DNA of 64,000 nucleotides from NCBI GenBank assembly GCA_043801585.1, contig JAZDLX010000115.1:1912-65911 (forward strand), written 5' to 3'. The DNA is from a bacterium (lineage in GTDB: Bacteria > Electryoneota > Electryoneia > Electryoneales > Electryoneaceae). The stretch's first letter is position 1. Every line of letters begins with the position of its first letter. The position numbers and the translations under genes were made by a program. This document shows positions 21,306 through 31,300 of the stretch, piece after piece. The notes beneath the pieces were generated by a model. The model had not been told where the DNA came from and made no database searches. It worked only from the letters and a program-made list of their open reading frames with translations.

Positions 21306-22379
21306 ATGAACTACGCTGTGATCATGGCTGGAGGGAAAGGGACACGATTCTGGCCAATTTCGACTCCCGAGCGTCCCAAGCAGTTGCTTTCCCTCTTTGA
21401 CGGTCAAACGATGATCGAAGCCACGATGAAGAGGGTTGAATCCATTATTCCTTTGCAGAATCAAAAGATTGTCACCATCCCCGAGCAGGTTCCCCTGATC
21501 CAGCAGCATGTAAAAGGTCTTGATAAAATAAATTTTCTCATCGAACCGTTTGCGAAAAATACCGCTCCATGCATCGGCCTTGCGGCCGTGACGCTGATGA
21601 AACAGGATCCGGACGCCATCATGGTTGTCCTGCCTGCGGATCACCGGATTGACGATGAAGAGCAGTTTCGTGAAGTGCTCAAACGGGCAATTGCGACCGT
21701 GGAGCAACGTGATGCAATTGTGACAATCGGAATAAAACCCACGCGTCCCGAGACCGGATATGGTTACATTCAGTATGAAAACGAGGAGATCAGCAAAGGG
21801 GTTCACAGGATTGTCACATTTGCCGAGAAACCTAATCGCGACACGGCCATCCGATTCCTTGAATCGGGAGAATTCCTGTGGAACAGTGGCATTTTCGTCT
21901 GGTCAGCGAAACGAATCGTTTCGGAAATTGAGGATTATCTGCCCGAGTTGTTCGCTGCGCTGATGGAGATCATGGCGGCGGTGGGCACAGACGAAGAAGA
22001 GGGGCGCGTACGGCGTGCCTATCAGAGCATCAAGCCGATTTCCATCGATTATGGCGTGATGGAGCATACCTCACACTCCTATGTTGTTCAGGGTTCTTTT
22101 GGGTGGAGCGACGTTGGCAGTTGGGACGAAATCTATCGGATCAGCGAGAAAAACGACGATCAGAATGTCCTCCGTGGACAGGTTTATACAATCGATACTC
22201 ATGATTCCTATATCATCAGTGAATCGTCTGTTCCACTCGCTGTCGTCGGAATGACCGGCGTAATTGTCGTTCATACGGATGAGGGCATTCTCGTCTGTCC
22301 CCGTAATCGCGACCAGGAGGTTCGGGAAGTCGCCGAGAAGGTGCTTAAGTCCCGGGCGCAGACAGAAAAAAAGCAGTAA
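21306..22379 (+). CDS. mannose-1-phosphate guanylyltransferase (GDP-mannose pyrophosphorylase)
   Basis: MNYAVIMAGGKGTRFWPIS nucleotidyltransferase G-loop. ~357 aa. The ORF-track start at 21024 is an upstream in-frame extension. Confidence 0.85.
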   Translation: MNYAVIMAGGKGTRFWPISTPERPKQLLSLFDGQTMIEATMKRVESIIPLQNQKIVTIPEQVPLIQQHVKGLDKINFLIEPFAKNTAPCIGLAAVTLMKQDPDAIMVVLPADHRIDDEEQFREVLKRAIATVEQRDAIVTIGIKPTRPETGYGYIQYENEEISKGVHRIVTFAEKPNRDTAIRFLESGEFLWNSGIFVWSAKRIVSEIEDYLPELFAALMEIMAAVGTDEEEGRVRRAYQSIKPISIDYGVMEHTSHSYVVQGSFGWSDVGSWDEIYRISEKNDDQNVLRGQVYTIDTHDSYIISESSVPLAVVGMTGVIVVHTDEGILVCPRNRDQEVREVAEKVLKSRAQTEKKQ

Positions 22380-22394
22380 TCCGAGGGTTCAGGT

Positions 22395-22649
22395 ATGCGT
22401 CGCACGGAGATCTTTGAACGATTGCTCGAAACATCGAAGTCTGTTTTTGACAGAGTTGAGGTTACACAGGGAGATTTTCGCGGCGGTATGTGCAAGGTGC
22501 GTGGCGAAACCCATCTGATCCTCAACAAAGGCGCAAATCTCGACACAAATTTACGGCTCATCTCGAACGCACTTGCGGACGCCAGGCTGGATGAAACATT
22601 TCTCCTGCCAGCGCTTCGGGAAGCCATCGAAAAATACTCCGATCGCTAA
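22395..22649 (+). CDS. hypothetical 84-aa protein
   Basis: Compact ORF 15 nt after the manC stop and 18 nt before crp, with an RBS-like GAGGGT. No recognisable motif. Confidence 0.4.
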   Translation: MRRTEIFERLLETSKSVFDRVEVTQGDFRGGMCKVRGETHLILNKGANLDTNLRLISNALADARLDETFLLPALREAIEKYSDR

Positions 22650-22666
22650 GGCGAAGGGGGGATTGG

Positions 22667-23368
22667 ATGAGAGATCAGGACATCCCAAGGAACACGGCAG
22701 TACTGTTGAAAGGGGTGCCGCTTTTCGGCGATCTGGAAGACCCCGACCGTCAACGCATTGCAGACCTGATGGTCTCGAAGAAGTTCAAGAAAAACAACCT
22801 TATCATCTTCGAAGATGACCTCGGACGAAATCTCTTCATCATTCAATCCGGGCGTGTCAAGATCAGTGGAATTTCAAGTGAGGGGGGGGAGGCCATCTTC
22901 TCGATTCTCGGACCCGGAGAATTTTTCGGTGAACTTTCGATTATCGATGGGCTCCCGCGAAGTGCGACAGTGACGAGTATCGATGACGTGGAATTGTGGG
23001 TGCTGAACCGCGGCGATTTCCTCGAGATGCTGCAGAAATATCCCCAGATCGCCATCGCTCTGCTCAAGGAGTTAGCGCGGCGCATTCGTCGCAGCGACAT
23101 GCAAATCAAGAGTTTAACCTTGAAGGATGCCCGCGGGAGAGTAGGCATGACTCTCGTTCGTCTCGCCGAGGACATGGGGATTATGAGGGGCGGAAAGGTG
23201 GTCATCAGCCAACTTCCCTTGCAGCGGGACCTCGCCAACATCGCCGGTACCAGCCGGGAAACGATCAGCCGTGTCTTCAAGAAATTCGAGGATGAAGGGC
23301 TGCTTGTCAAAGTCGAGAATAGTCTTGTTTTCAATGATTATGAGATGTTCAAGAAGATGTTCACGTGA
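22667..23368 (+). CDS. Crp/Fnr-family transcriptional regulator
   Basis: cNMP-binding domain (GPGEFFGELSIIDG...RSATV) and C-terminal HTH (RETISRVFKKFEDEG). Confidence 0.85.
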   Translation: MRDQDIPRNTAVLLKGVPLFGDLEDPDRQRIADLMVSKKFKKNNLIIFEDDLGRNLFIIQSGRVKISGISSEGGEAIFSILGPGEFFGELSIIDGLPRSATVTSIDDVELWVLNRGDFLEMLQKYPQIAIALLKELARRIRRSDMQIKSLTLKDARGRVGMTLVRLAEDMGIMRGGKVVISQLPLQRDLANIAGTSRETISRVFKKFEDEGLLVKVENSLVFNDYEMFKKMFT

Positions 23369-23471
23369 TGCGTAGGTTTCAGCGGGTTGGAAAGGGCCCT
23401 GCAGCAATCGCCACCGGGTTCAAAGGCGACAAACGCAGGGTTTCTCACGCATAGGAAACAGGAGCGGAGAG

Positions 23472-24446
23472 TTGTCGGATCGGAAGACGGCTGACCGGAA
23501 GAAGGAGTTGCTGACCGCCTTCAGGCGGGGTGAACGCCGAGCCCTGTCGCGGATGCTCACCATGGTCGCCAATCGTTCCGAGGGCATCAACGGGATGCTC
23601 GATGACCTGTTTTCACTCACAGGACAGGCTTGGAGAATCGGAATCACAGGACCTCCAGGCGCGGGGAAAAGCACTCTTGTCAACCAATTGGTGGGTCTTT
23701 ACCGGAAGCAGGATCTTTCCATCGGGGTGGTCGCGTTCGATCCCACAAGCCCTTTCACCGGAGGTGCGTTACTCGGTGATCGGGTGCGCATGGAGATGAT
23801 CAGTCAGGATCCTGGAGTGTTCATCCGCAGCCTCGCCACACGTGGACACCTGGGCGGTCTCGCGATTGGTGTCGATGAATCATGCGACCTGATGGATGCC
23901 TTTGGCAAGCAGCGTGTGCTCATTGAAACCGTTGGTGTCGGCCAGTCAGAACTGGAAGTCGCCGATTCCGCCGATACGACGATTGTCGTACTCGTTCCGC
24001 AATCGGGAGACGCCATCCAGGCGATGAAAGCCGGGCTGATGGAAATTGCGGATATTTTCGTGCTGAACAAATGCGATCGTGAAGATGCGAAAAGAGCCTA
24101 CCAGGAACTTATCAGCATACTGAACTTGAAAGAACCGCAGGAGGGGTGGCGTCCTCCTGTTATCCGTACCATCGCGGAAAAAGGCGACGGTGTGGATGAA
24201 TTGATGGCAACGATCGATCGTCATCGCGAGCACCTTGTCACCACCGACCGGTTGGCGGAGCGACGTTCAAAACGCTATAAGGCTAAGATTCGCCAATTGG
24301 TCGAGGATGATTTGCATCAACGCCTGTGGCGTACGGAACGCAAACGGGAATCGGGCAAGGGATTCGAGGGTGGACGATCCCCCTACAGTCTCGCGAAACG
24401 ATTGATCGATGATTTTTACGAGGAGATCCGAGATGATGAATCCTGA
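23472..24446 (+). CDS. meaB: MeaB/ArgK-type G-protein chaperone for B12-dependent acyl-CoA mutase
   Basis: GITGPPGAGKST P-loop, ETVGVGQSE switch region, NKCD guanine-specificity motif. Confidence 0.88.
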   Translation: MSDRKTADRKKELLTAFRRGERRALSRMLTMVANRSEGINGMLDDLFSLTGQAWRIGITGPPGAGKSTLVNQLVGLYRKQDLSIGVVAFDPTSPFTGGALLGDRVRMEMISQDPGVFIRSLATRGHLGGLAIGVDESCDLMDAFGKQRVLIETVGVGQSELEVADSADTTIVVLVPQSGDAIQAMKAGLMEIADIFVLNKCDREDAKRAYQELISILNLKEPQEGWRPPVIRTIAEKGDGVDELMATIDRHREHLVTTDRLAERRSKRYKAKIRQLVEDDLHQRLWRTERKRESGKGFEGGRSPYSLAKRLIDDFYEEIRDDES

Positions 24447-26145
24447 GATACCGAAGAGTGGCAACGGCAAGAAATCCCTTTTGGCCCATAAAGAAGATCG
24501 TGAACGGTGGGAAACGGAAGTCTATCGCCCGAACATGAAATTCCGTAACGACGGTGTCACGTTTACCACGGTATCGTCCGAAGAAGTCCCGCATATCGTG
24601 GGATCGGAGTATTTCGAAGAGCAGGGATGGGATCCACGGCAGAAACTTGGATGGCCCGGAAGCTACCCCTATACGCGTGGCATCCATCCGACGATGTATC
24701 GAGGAAAACTCTGGACGATGCGGCAGTTTGCCGGTTTCGGTACCCCCCAGGAAACGAACGCCCGGAATAAATTTCTTCTTGAACGGGGACAAATGGGTCT
24801 TTCGGTCGCCTTCGATCTTCCCACCTTGATGGGTCGTGATGCGGACGATACGGTGTCGTTTGGCGAAGTAGGAAAATGCGGTGTCTCCATTTCAAGCCGT
24901 GAAGATATGGATATCCTCTTTGACGGAATCGATGTGGACAAGATTTCCACATCAATGACCATCAACGGGCCCGCGGCGATTATCTGGGCCTTTTTCATTG
25001 CCTCCGCGGAACGGAAAGGCGTCGCCCGTGAGAAACTTGCCGGAACGCTGCAGAATGACATTCTAAAAGAGTTTATCGCTCAGAAGGAGTTCATTTTCCC
25101 GCCGGAACCCAGTGTCAAACTCGTCGTCGACACCATCGAGTTCGCGACGAACGAAATGCCACTCTGGAATAGCGTTTCAGTGTCCGGATATCACATCCGT
25201 GAAGCGGGATCGACCGCTGCACAGGAATTGGCGTTCACCCTGATGGACGGTTTTGCCTACATTGAAGAGACACTGAAACGGGGTCTCGAGATTGATTCCT
25301 TTGCTCCGCGCATCAGCCATTTCTTCAACAGTCATATTGACTTTTTCGAGGAGGTTGGAAAATTCAGGGCAGCGCGGAGGATCTATGCCGATCGCCTGAA
25401 GAACCGTTACAAGGCCAGCAATGAAAGAAGCTGGCTGCTGCGCTTTCACACGCAGACAGCCGGCTGCAGCCTGACCGCCCAACAGCCTGAAAACAACATC
25501 GTCCGCACAACCACGGAAGCCCTTGCAGCCGTCCTCGGAGGTACTCAGTCCCTGCACACCAACAGCATGGATGAAACTCTCGCACTGCCCAGCGAAAAAG
25601 CCGCTAAAATCGCCTTGCGGACTCAGCAGGTTCTCGGTTATGAGACGGGCATCGCCAATGTCATGGATCCTCTTGGCGGCAGCTATTACGTCGAATACAT
25701 GACCGACAAAATCGAACGAGAAGCACAGGATTACATTCGACGTATCGAGGAGATGGGTGGTGTGATTCAGTGCATCGAGAACGGTTTCTTCCAGAAAGAA
25801 ATCGCCCGGGCAGCATACAAGCATCAGCAGGAACTGGACCGTGGCGAACGGGTGATCGTCGGAGTCAATCGATTCGAGGAACCGGGCGAACAATTGGAAA
25901 TTCCCATTATGAGGATCAGCGAAGAAGTGGAGCGGCAGCAAAAACAGCGTCTGGCGGACCTTCGCGTCAGGCGCGATTCCACCAGAGCTGAAAAGACACT
26001 GAAAGCGCTTCATGAAGCCGCAGAGGGGAACGAGAACGTGATGCCGTACCTGATCGATTGCGCCCATGCGGACGTAACCCTCGGCGAAATGGTTCATGTG
26101 CTCGAAGAAGTCTTCGGTACCTACGTGGAAACAGCATATTTCTGA
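24433..26145 (+). CDS. icmA: B12-dependent acyl-CoA mutase, catalytic large subunit; signature residues favour isobutyryl-CoA mutase IcmA over methylmalonyl-CoA mutase
   Basis: SYPYTRGIHPTMYRGKLWTMRQFAGFGT...GLSVAFDLPT substrate barrel. Carries Phe in RQFAGF and Gln in FIAQKEFIFPP, where MCM has Tyr89 and Arg207. ~570 aa with no B12 domain. Confidence 0.8.
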   Translation: MMNPEIPKSGNGKKSLLAHKEDRERWETEVYRPNMKFRNDGVTFTTVSSEEVPHIVGSEYFEEQGWDPRQKLGWPGSYPYTRGIHPTMYRGKLWTMRQFAGFGTPQETNARNKFLLERGQMGLSVAFDLPTLMGRDADDTVSFGEVGKCGVSISSREDMDILFDGIDVDKISTSMTINGPAAIIWAFFIASAERKGVAREKLAGTLQNDILKEFIAQKEFIFPPEPSVKLVVDTIEFATNEMPLWNSVSVSGYHIREAGSTAAQELAFTLMDGFAYIEETLKRGLEIDSFAPRISHFFNSHIDFFEEVGKFRAARRIYADRLKNRYKASNERSWLLRFHTQTAGCSLTAQQPENNIVRTTTEALAAVLGGTQSLHTNSMDETLALPSEKAAKIALRTQQVLGYETGIANVMDPLGGSYYVEYMTDKIEREAQDYIRRIEEMGGVIQCIENGFFQKEIARAAYKHQQELDRGERVIVGVNRFEEPGEQLEIPIMRISEEVERQQKQRLADLRVRRDSTRAEKTLKALHEAAEGNENVMPYLIDCAHADVTLGEMVHVLEEVFGTYVETAYF

Positions 26146-26191
26146 TAGATAATTCATGAGTTGTTGGACACTCTGCTGGGAGAGCCTGGGG

Positions 26192-29100
26192 ATGGGAACG
26201 CCGTCCGTCCACAAAAAGACGAGCAAGAGACTCAAAGAGACCAACCACCTTGAGTCGCTGAGGGAACGTCTTATCAAGCGGCAACATTCAGGATCCATGA
26301 ACAGCAAAGACACCCCGAGTGTCAGTGCTGAAGAGGCTTTTGAAGCGTTTTTTCGCACCAACCCCGCCATCATGTTGCTGACCGATCCGGAAACCGGGAC
26401 TTTTGTCGATGCGAATGAAACAGCATGTGAATTCTATGGCTACATCCACGAAAAATTCGTGACTCTGAAAATCACCGAACTAAACACCCTCGATGAATCC
26501 AGCATTCAACACGAACTTCAGATGGCGCTCGCACGTGAGCAGCGGGTCTTCAACTTCAAGCACCGTTTGTCGAATGGCGATCTACTTGATGTGGAATCCT
26601 TTACACAGCCTATCGAACTGTTTGGGCGGCAGTTGATCCTATCGACCATCTTCAATGTCAGCGAGATGGCAAAAGCGTGGCGTGTGCAGGCGTTGTTGCT
26701 GGAAATTTCAGAAGCCGCGAATGTCACGGATGATCTCTACCACCTGATCTATATGATTCGTGACCGTCTTCACGGATTCCTTGATACGACCAACTTTTAC
26801 GTTTCTCTTTACGACGTAACAACTGATTCCTACACGTTTCCTTTTAGTGCGGATGAAAAAACGGGCGACCTTCCACCTCCGAAATTGAAAGGTGGCCTCA
26901 CGGATTTTGTGCGACGAACGGGAAGATCCATCCTGGTCGATGATCGACTGATGGAAATGCTCGTCAAGCGGGGAGACGTCACCAGAATCGGCGAAAGGTC
27001 CCAGCAATGGTTGGGTGTTCCATTGCGGACAACGCGCGGCGTGATCGGAGTCGTTGCCATTCAGCACTATACGAACCCCAGCGCTTTCGATGAAGCCGAC
27101 CTTGAAATGCTCGAATTCGTTTCCGGAGCCATCGCCGCAACGATTGAGCGAAGGAAGGCAGAGGAGGCGCTGCGTGAATCGGAGAAACGTTTTCGCACGT
27201 TTGTTCACCACAGCCCAGACGGGCTTTTCAGCCTGGATCTCGACGAACCGGTTTCCGTGGATATTCCCGCACAGGAACAGATCGATCTGATCAGAGCGAA
27301 AGCCTATTTCAGTGAATGCAACGAGACGTTTTTCCATACCTACAGCTTATCCTCCGCCAGCGAGGTTATCGGGCGGCGACTGCATGAATTACCGGCGGTG
27401 TACGATGAAGAAAGAACGACTGCCACCGTAATAAGGCTGGTTGAATCGGGGTTTCGCGCTACGGAAGGGGAGTCCTACGAGACTCTTCCGGATGGTTCGG
27501 AAAGAATATTTCTCAATCAGTATCTTGGCATCGTTCAGGACGGTTATCTGGTTCGCATCTGGGGTATACAAAGAGATATTACTGAACGCAAGCATGCCGA
27601 GCAGCAACTACAGATACAACGAACGCATCTGAGCCGTTTCATCGAAAATTCCTCTGAAGGAATCATCTTTACAGACGAGGGCAACAGAATCCTTAACGTC
27701 AATAATGAATTCGAGCGAATGTTCAGCTACTCGAAGAAGGAACTGGAAGGAATGTCCAATGAGCTTATCGTTCCCGGCGGTAAAGAGGAAGAATCAAAAC
27801 ATCTGCTGCGTGCCGCTCGTGAAAACAAACGAGTCAACATCGAATCCGTCCGGCGGCGAAAAGACGGACGGCTCTTGTACGTCTCCATCCTTGGAACGCC
27901 TGTATTCATCGATAACAAGTTGTATGGAATCTACTGGGTCTACCGTGACATTTCCCAGCGGAAACGCGCGGAGAAGGTTCAGAGCGCCCTTTTCCACATT
28001 GCGGAGGCGGCAAGCACTTCGAGTGACCTGCAGGAGTTGCTGAGCACTGTCCATGATCAACTCTCCCATTTAATCGACATAAAAAACCTTTACGTCGCGC
28101 TCTATGATTCAGTGGAGAAGGGATACCGTTTCGAATATTTCGAGGACGAGCTGGACGATTCGGTTGAAATCGGTAAGATCTACTATATGTCAGACAGTAT
28201 GACCGAATATGTCCGTACTCATGGTTCACACCTTTTCACCACGGAAGAAGAGATCCTTGTCCATCTGAAGAAGTACAACATCGAACCCGGAGGACCGGTC
28301 AGCAAATCCTGGCTGGGAGTTCCGCTGAGAACACCCAGCGGTGTCATTGGTGTGTATGTCGTCCAAAGTTATACAAAAGAGTATGCCTACGACGAAAACG
28401 ACATGGATCTGCTTGAATTTGTTTCTGGTCACGTTGCCAATGCGATTGAGCATACGCGGTGGCAGGACCAGTTGCTTGCTTCTGAGGCGCGTTACCGCAC
28501 ATTGTTCAATCAATCACCAGTCGGTGTGCTTCTCTATGACATGGACATGCAGGTAACCGATCTGAACCAACGTCACGCCGAGATCATGGGCAGTACTCGT
28601 GAAGAGATCATAGGCAACGATCTGACCACCATTCGCCAACGCAATGTCATCCCCCTGATGCGCCGCGCCCTGAAGGGAGAAACCACTTATTACGAGGGCA
28701 GTTATCTGGCGACTGTTTCGGATCGCGAGCTATGGCTCTCGATAAGCATGACTCCTCACTACGGCGCTGAGGGGGAAATCATCGGTGGTATCGCCGTGGT
28801 TATGGACCAGACCGAACAGAAGAAGACAGAACGCATCGCGGAGATGAACCGTGCGTACCTGGAGCAATTGTTCGAAGGAACGCCGGAAGCCATTGTGCTC
28901 CTCGATCCCCGTTTCCGGGCGATTCGTGCAAACAAAGAGTTCGCGTCACTGTTCGGTTATACTTCAGACGAGGTGCTCGGCCGCTCGCTCAAGGATTTGA
29001 TCCTGACCGATGATGAAGAAGCTGAAAAGCACCTGTCTGTGCTGAAAGCCGTCGCCAAAGGGAAGACGGTGAACGTCGAGGAGACAGTATGCCGAAGACG

Positions 29101-30730
29101 GGATGGTTCCAGGGTGGATGTTTCTCTGCTCGGCACGCCGATCCAGATCGACGGACAGGTGATCGCTTTGTATGGCGTCTATCGTGACATCACCGCCCGG
29201 AAACAGGCGACCGAGGCATTGGCGGCGGAGAAGGATCGCCTCGCTGTCACACTGGCGTCCATCGGAGAAGGGGTAATAACCACCGACCTGGAAGGTCGAG
29301 TGATGCTGATGAACGAAGCTGCCGAACGGTTGACAGGGTGGAATGCCGAGGAGGCACGCCAGCAGGATATCGCCACCATCTTCCCGCTTATCGAATTACA
29401 GACGAACAAACACCTCGGTTCTCCGGCAAAACGGGTGCTCGACGGCGATCGTTCGACCTGGACTCAGGAATCCCTGCTTGAAACCCGTGATCTGAAAGTT
29501 AAAAACATCATCGTCAGTGCATCGAAAATCCATGGGCATGAGGAACGTGTTATCGGTTCCGTGGTTGTGTTTCGCGACATTACGGAACAGCGGGCGCTTG
29601 AAGAGGAGCTCCAGAAGATCGAACGCCTGGAGTCGGTGGGTGTACTTGCCGGTGGGATCGCGCACGACTTCAATAACATTCTGTCGGCTGTGCTTGGAAA
29701 CATCTCCCTCGCAAAAATGGCCGTCGACAATCCCGGGATTCAAGCCGAGCGTATTCACGAAGCGGAAAAAGCGGCTCTTCGCGCGCGAGACCTGACACAA
29801 CAGCTCCTGACCTTCTCCCGTGGCGGTGAACCGATTCGAAAGAGCCAGTCCATCGGAGAGTTGCTGCAGGAGTCTGCCACGTTTGCCCTCCGTGGATCGA
29901 ACGTGCGCGCACGGATCATCCTGCCTGATGATCTCTGGCCTGCCAACGTGGACGAGGGGCAGATCAGCCGCGTCGTCAACAACCTTGTCATCAATGCAGA
30001 CCAGGCGATGCCTGAGGGTGGCACGGTGACAATCAAGGCTTCAAACTTCATCATGAAAAAGGGGATGGCGCTCCCGCTCAGCCCCGGGCGCTACCTGCAG
30101 ATAACGATTGTCGATGAGGGGGTGGGCATTCCGGAAGAATTCCTGCAGCGGATCTTCGATCCGTTCTTCACCACCAAGCAGCGTGGCAGCGGTCTCGGTC
30201 TGGCCAGCTCGTTTTCCATTATCCAGAAGCACGATGGACACATTACAGTGGAATCGAAGGTGGATTCAGGGACGACATTCACGATCTATCTGCCTGCTAC
30301 GGAAACAGTCGAAGCCAAACGCCCGGAAACCGCCGATGGACCGTTCCAGGGATCGGGGAAGATCCTCATCATGGATGATGAAGCATCGGTCCGACGGGTG
30401 GTCAAAGCGATGTTGGAAAAAATCGGTTTCGAGGTGGACGAAGCTGAAAATGGAATCAAGGCCATTGAAACTTATCAGAAAGCACGGATGGCGGGCGAGA
30501 TGTATCGCGCAATCATTATGGACTTGACGATTCCCGGGGGAATGGGCGGGGGAGAGGCAATCCAGCATCTGCGCAAACTTGACCCGAAAGTGAAGGTCAT
30601 CGTCTCCTCGGGGTACTCAAACGACCCCGTGATGTCCAACTACGAACAGCATGGTTTCAAAGGTGTGGTCGCAAAACCGTATCGTCTGGAAGAGTTGATA
30701 CGTGTCATCCGTGACGTCCTTGGGGATTAG
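26192..30730 (+). CDS. multisensor hybrid histidine kinase (PAS-GAF-PAS-PAS-GAF-PAS-PAS-PAS-HisKA-HATPase-REC)
   Basis: ~1500 aa. Two GAF domains (WLGVPLRT...GVIGV) and multiple PAS domains. H-box GGIAHDFNNIL. N/G1/G2 boxes (NLVINADQAM, DEGVGIP, GSGLGLA). C-terminal receiver (ILIMDDE...MDLTIPGGMGG...VIVSSGY). Alternative start at ATG 26297. Confidence 0.9.
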   Translation: MGTPSVHKKTSKRLKETNHLESLRERLIKRQHSGSMNSKDTPSVSAEEAFEAFFRTNPAIMLLTDPETGTFVDANETACEFYGYIHEKFVTLKITELNTLDESSIQHELQMALAREQRVFNFKHRLSNGDLLDVESFTQPIELFGRQLILSTIFNVSEMAKAWRVQALLLEISEAANVTDDLYHLIYMIRDRLHGFLDTTNFYVSLYDVTTDSYTFPFSADEKTGDLPPPKLKGGLTDFVRRTGRSILVDDRLMEMLVKRGDVTRIGERSQQWLGVPLRTTRGVIGVVAIQHYTNPSAFDEADLEMLEFVSGAIAATIERRKAEEALRESEKRFRTFVHHSPDGLFSLDLDEPVSVDIPAQEQIDLIRAKAYFSECNETFFHTYSLSSASEVIGRRLHELPAVYDEERTTATVIRLVESGFRATEGESYETLPDGSERIFLNQYLGIVQDGYLVRIWGIQRDITERKHAEQQLQIQRTHLSRFIENSSEGIIFTDEGNRILNVNNEFERMFSYSKKELEGMSNELIVPGGKEEESKHLLRAARENKRVNIESVRRRKDGRLLYVSILGTPVFIDNKLYGIYWVYRDISQRKRAEKVQSALFHIAEAASTSSDLQELLSTVHDQLSHLIDIKNLYVALYDSVEKGYRFEYFEDELDDSVEIGKIYYMSDSMTEYVRTHGSHLFTTEEEILVHLKKYNIEPGGPVSKSWLGVPLRTPSGVIGVYVVQSYTKEYAYDENDMDLLEFVSGHVANAIEHTRWQDQLLASEARYRTLFNQSPVGVLLYDMDMQVTDLNQRHAEIMGSTREEIIGNDLTTIRQRNVIPLMRRALKGETTYYEGSYLATVSDRELWLSISMTPHYGAEGEIIGGIAVVMDQTEQKKTERIAEMNRAYLEQLFEGTPEAIVLLDPRFRAIRANKEFASLFGYTSDEVLGRSLKDLILTDDEEAEKHLSVLKAVAKGKTVNVEETVCRRRDGSRVDVSLLGTPIQIDGQVIALYGVYRDITARKQATEALAAEKDRLAVTLASIGEGVITTDLEGRVMLMNEAAERLTGWNAEEARQQDIATIFPLIELQTNKHLGSPAKRVLDGDRSTWTQESLLETRDLKVKNIIVSASKIHGHEERVIGSVVVFRDITEQRALEEELQKIERLESVGVLAGGIAHDFNNILSAVLGNISLAKMAVDNPGIQAERIHEAEKAALRARDLTQQLLTFSRGGEPIRKSQSIGELLQESATFALRGSNVRARIILPDDLWPANVDEGQISRVVNNLVINADQAMPEGGTVTIKASNFIMKKGMALPLSPGRYLQITIVDEGVGIPEEFLQRIFDPFFTTKQRGSGLGLASSFSIIQKHDGHITVESKVDSGTTFTIYLPATETVEAKRPETADGPFQGSGKILIMDDEASVRRVVKAMLEKIGFEVDEAENGIKAIETYQKARMAGEMYRAIIMDLTIPGGMGGGEAIQHLRKLDPKVKVIVSSGYSNDPVMSNYEQHGFKGVVAKPYRLEELIRVIRDVLGD

Positions 30731-30834
30731 GCTCGCCGGGAGTCGCAACGACTGGTTCGACAGTCGGGGGTATGCTTACCTTTCGACGTGTTCCCTCCGA
30801 GCATTCCCGATGAAGCATTGGGAGTATTGGATTC

Positions 30835-31254
30835 ATGACAGAAACACAAGAACGTAAAATCCGAATTTTGCTTGCAAAACCGGGTTTGGACGGCCATGAT
30901 CGGGGAGCCAAAGTCATGGCCTCGGCATTCCGCGACGCCGGATTTGAGGTGATCTATACAGGCCTTCGACAGACGCCCGAAATGATTGTGGAGGCGGCAC
31001 TTCAGGAAGATGCGGACGTGGTCGCATTGTCGATTCTTTCCGGCTCACACATGACACAGTTTCCACGCGTTCTCGAGTTGATGAAAGAGAACGGTCTGGA
31101 CGATGTTCTCCTGACGGGTGGGGGGATCATTCCTGACGAAGATGTTGTTTCGCTTCAGGAGCTGGGGATAGGCAAATTGTTCGGTCCCGGAACTTCCACC
31201 CAGGATGCGATTGAGTATATCCGAAAGTGGACGAAGGAACATCCCCGTGATTGA
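30835..31254 (+). CDS. icmB: B12-binding small subunit of acyl-CoA mutase (IcmB/MCM C-terminal domain)
   Basis: 139 aa. [13 protein letters not shown] is the DxHxxG cobalamin-binding motif. SILSGSH...LTGGGIIP Rossmann core. Confidence 0.85.
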   Translation: MTETQERKIRILLAKPGLDGHDRGAKVMASAFRDAGFEVIYTGLRQTPEMIVEAALQEDADVVALSILSGSHMTQFPRVLELMKENGLDDVLLTGGGIIPDEDVVSLQELGIGKLFGPGTSTQDAIEYIRKWTKEHPRD

Positions 31255-31300
31255 AGCTGTATTTCGATTTAATGATAACCGTCTGGTGTGAGGAACAACG

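Noticed and set aside
25177-26373. 398-aa minus-strand ORF antisense to the acyl-CoA mutase gene
   Set aside because: Low-complexity composition with no motifs. It lies entirely inside a well-supported plus-strand gene; this is typical GC-rich antisense ORF noise.
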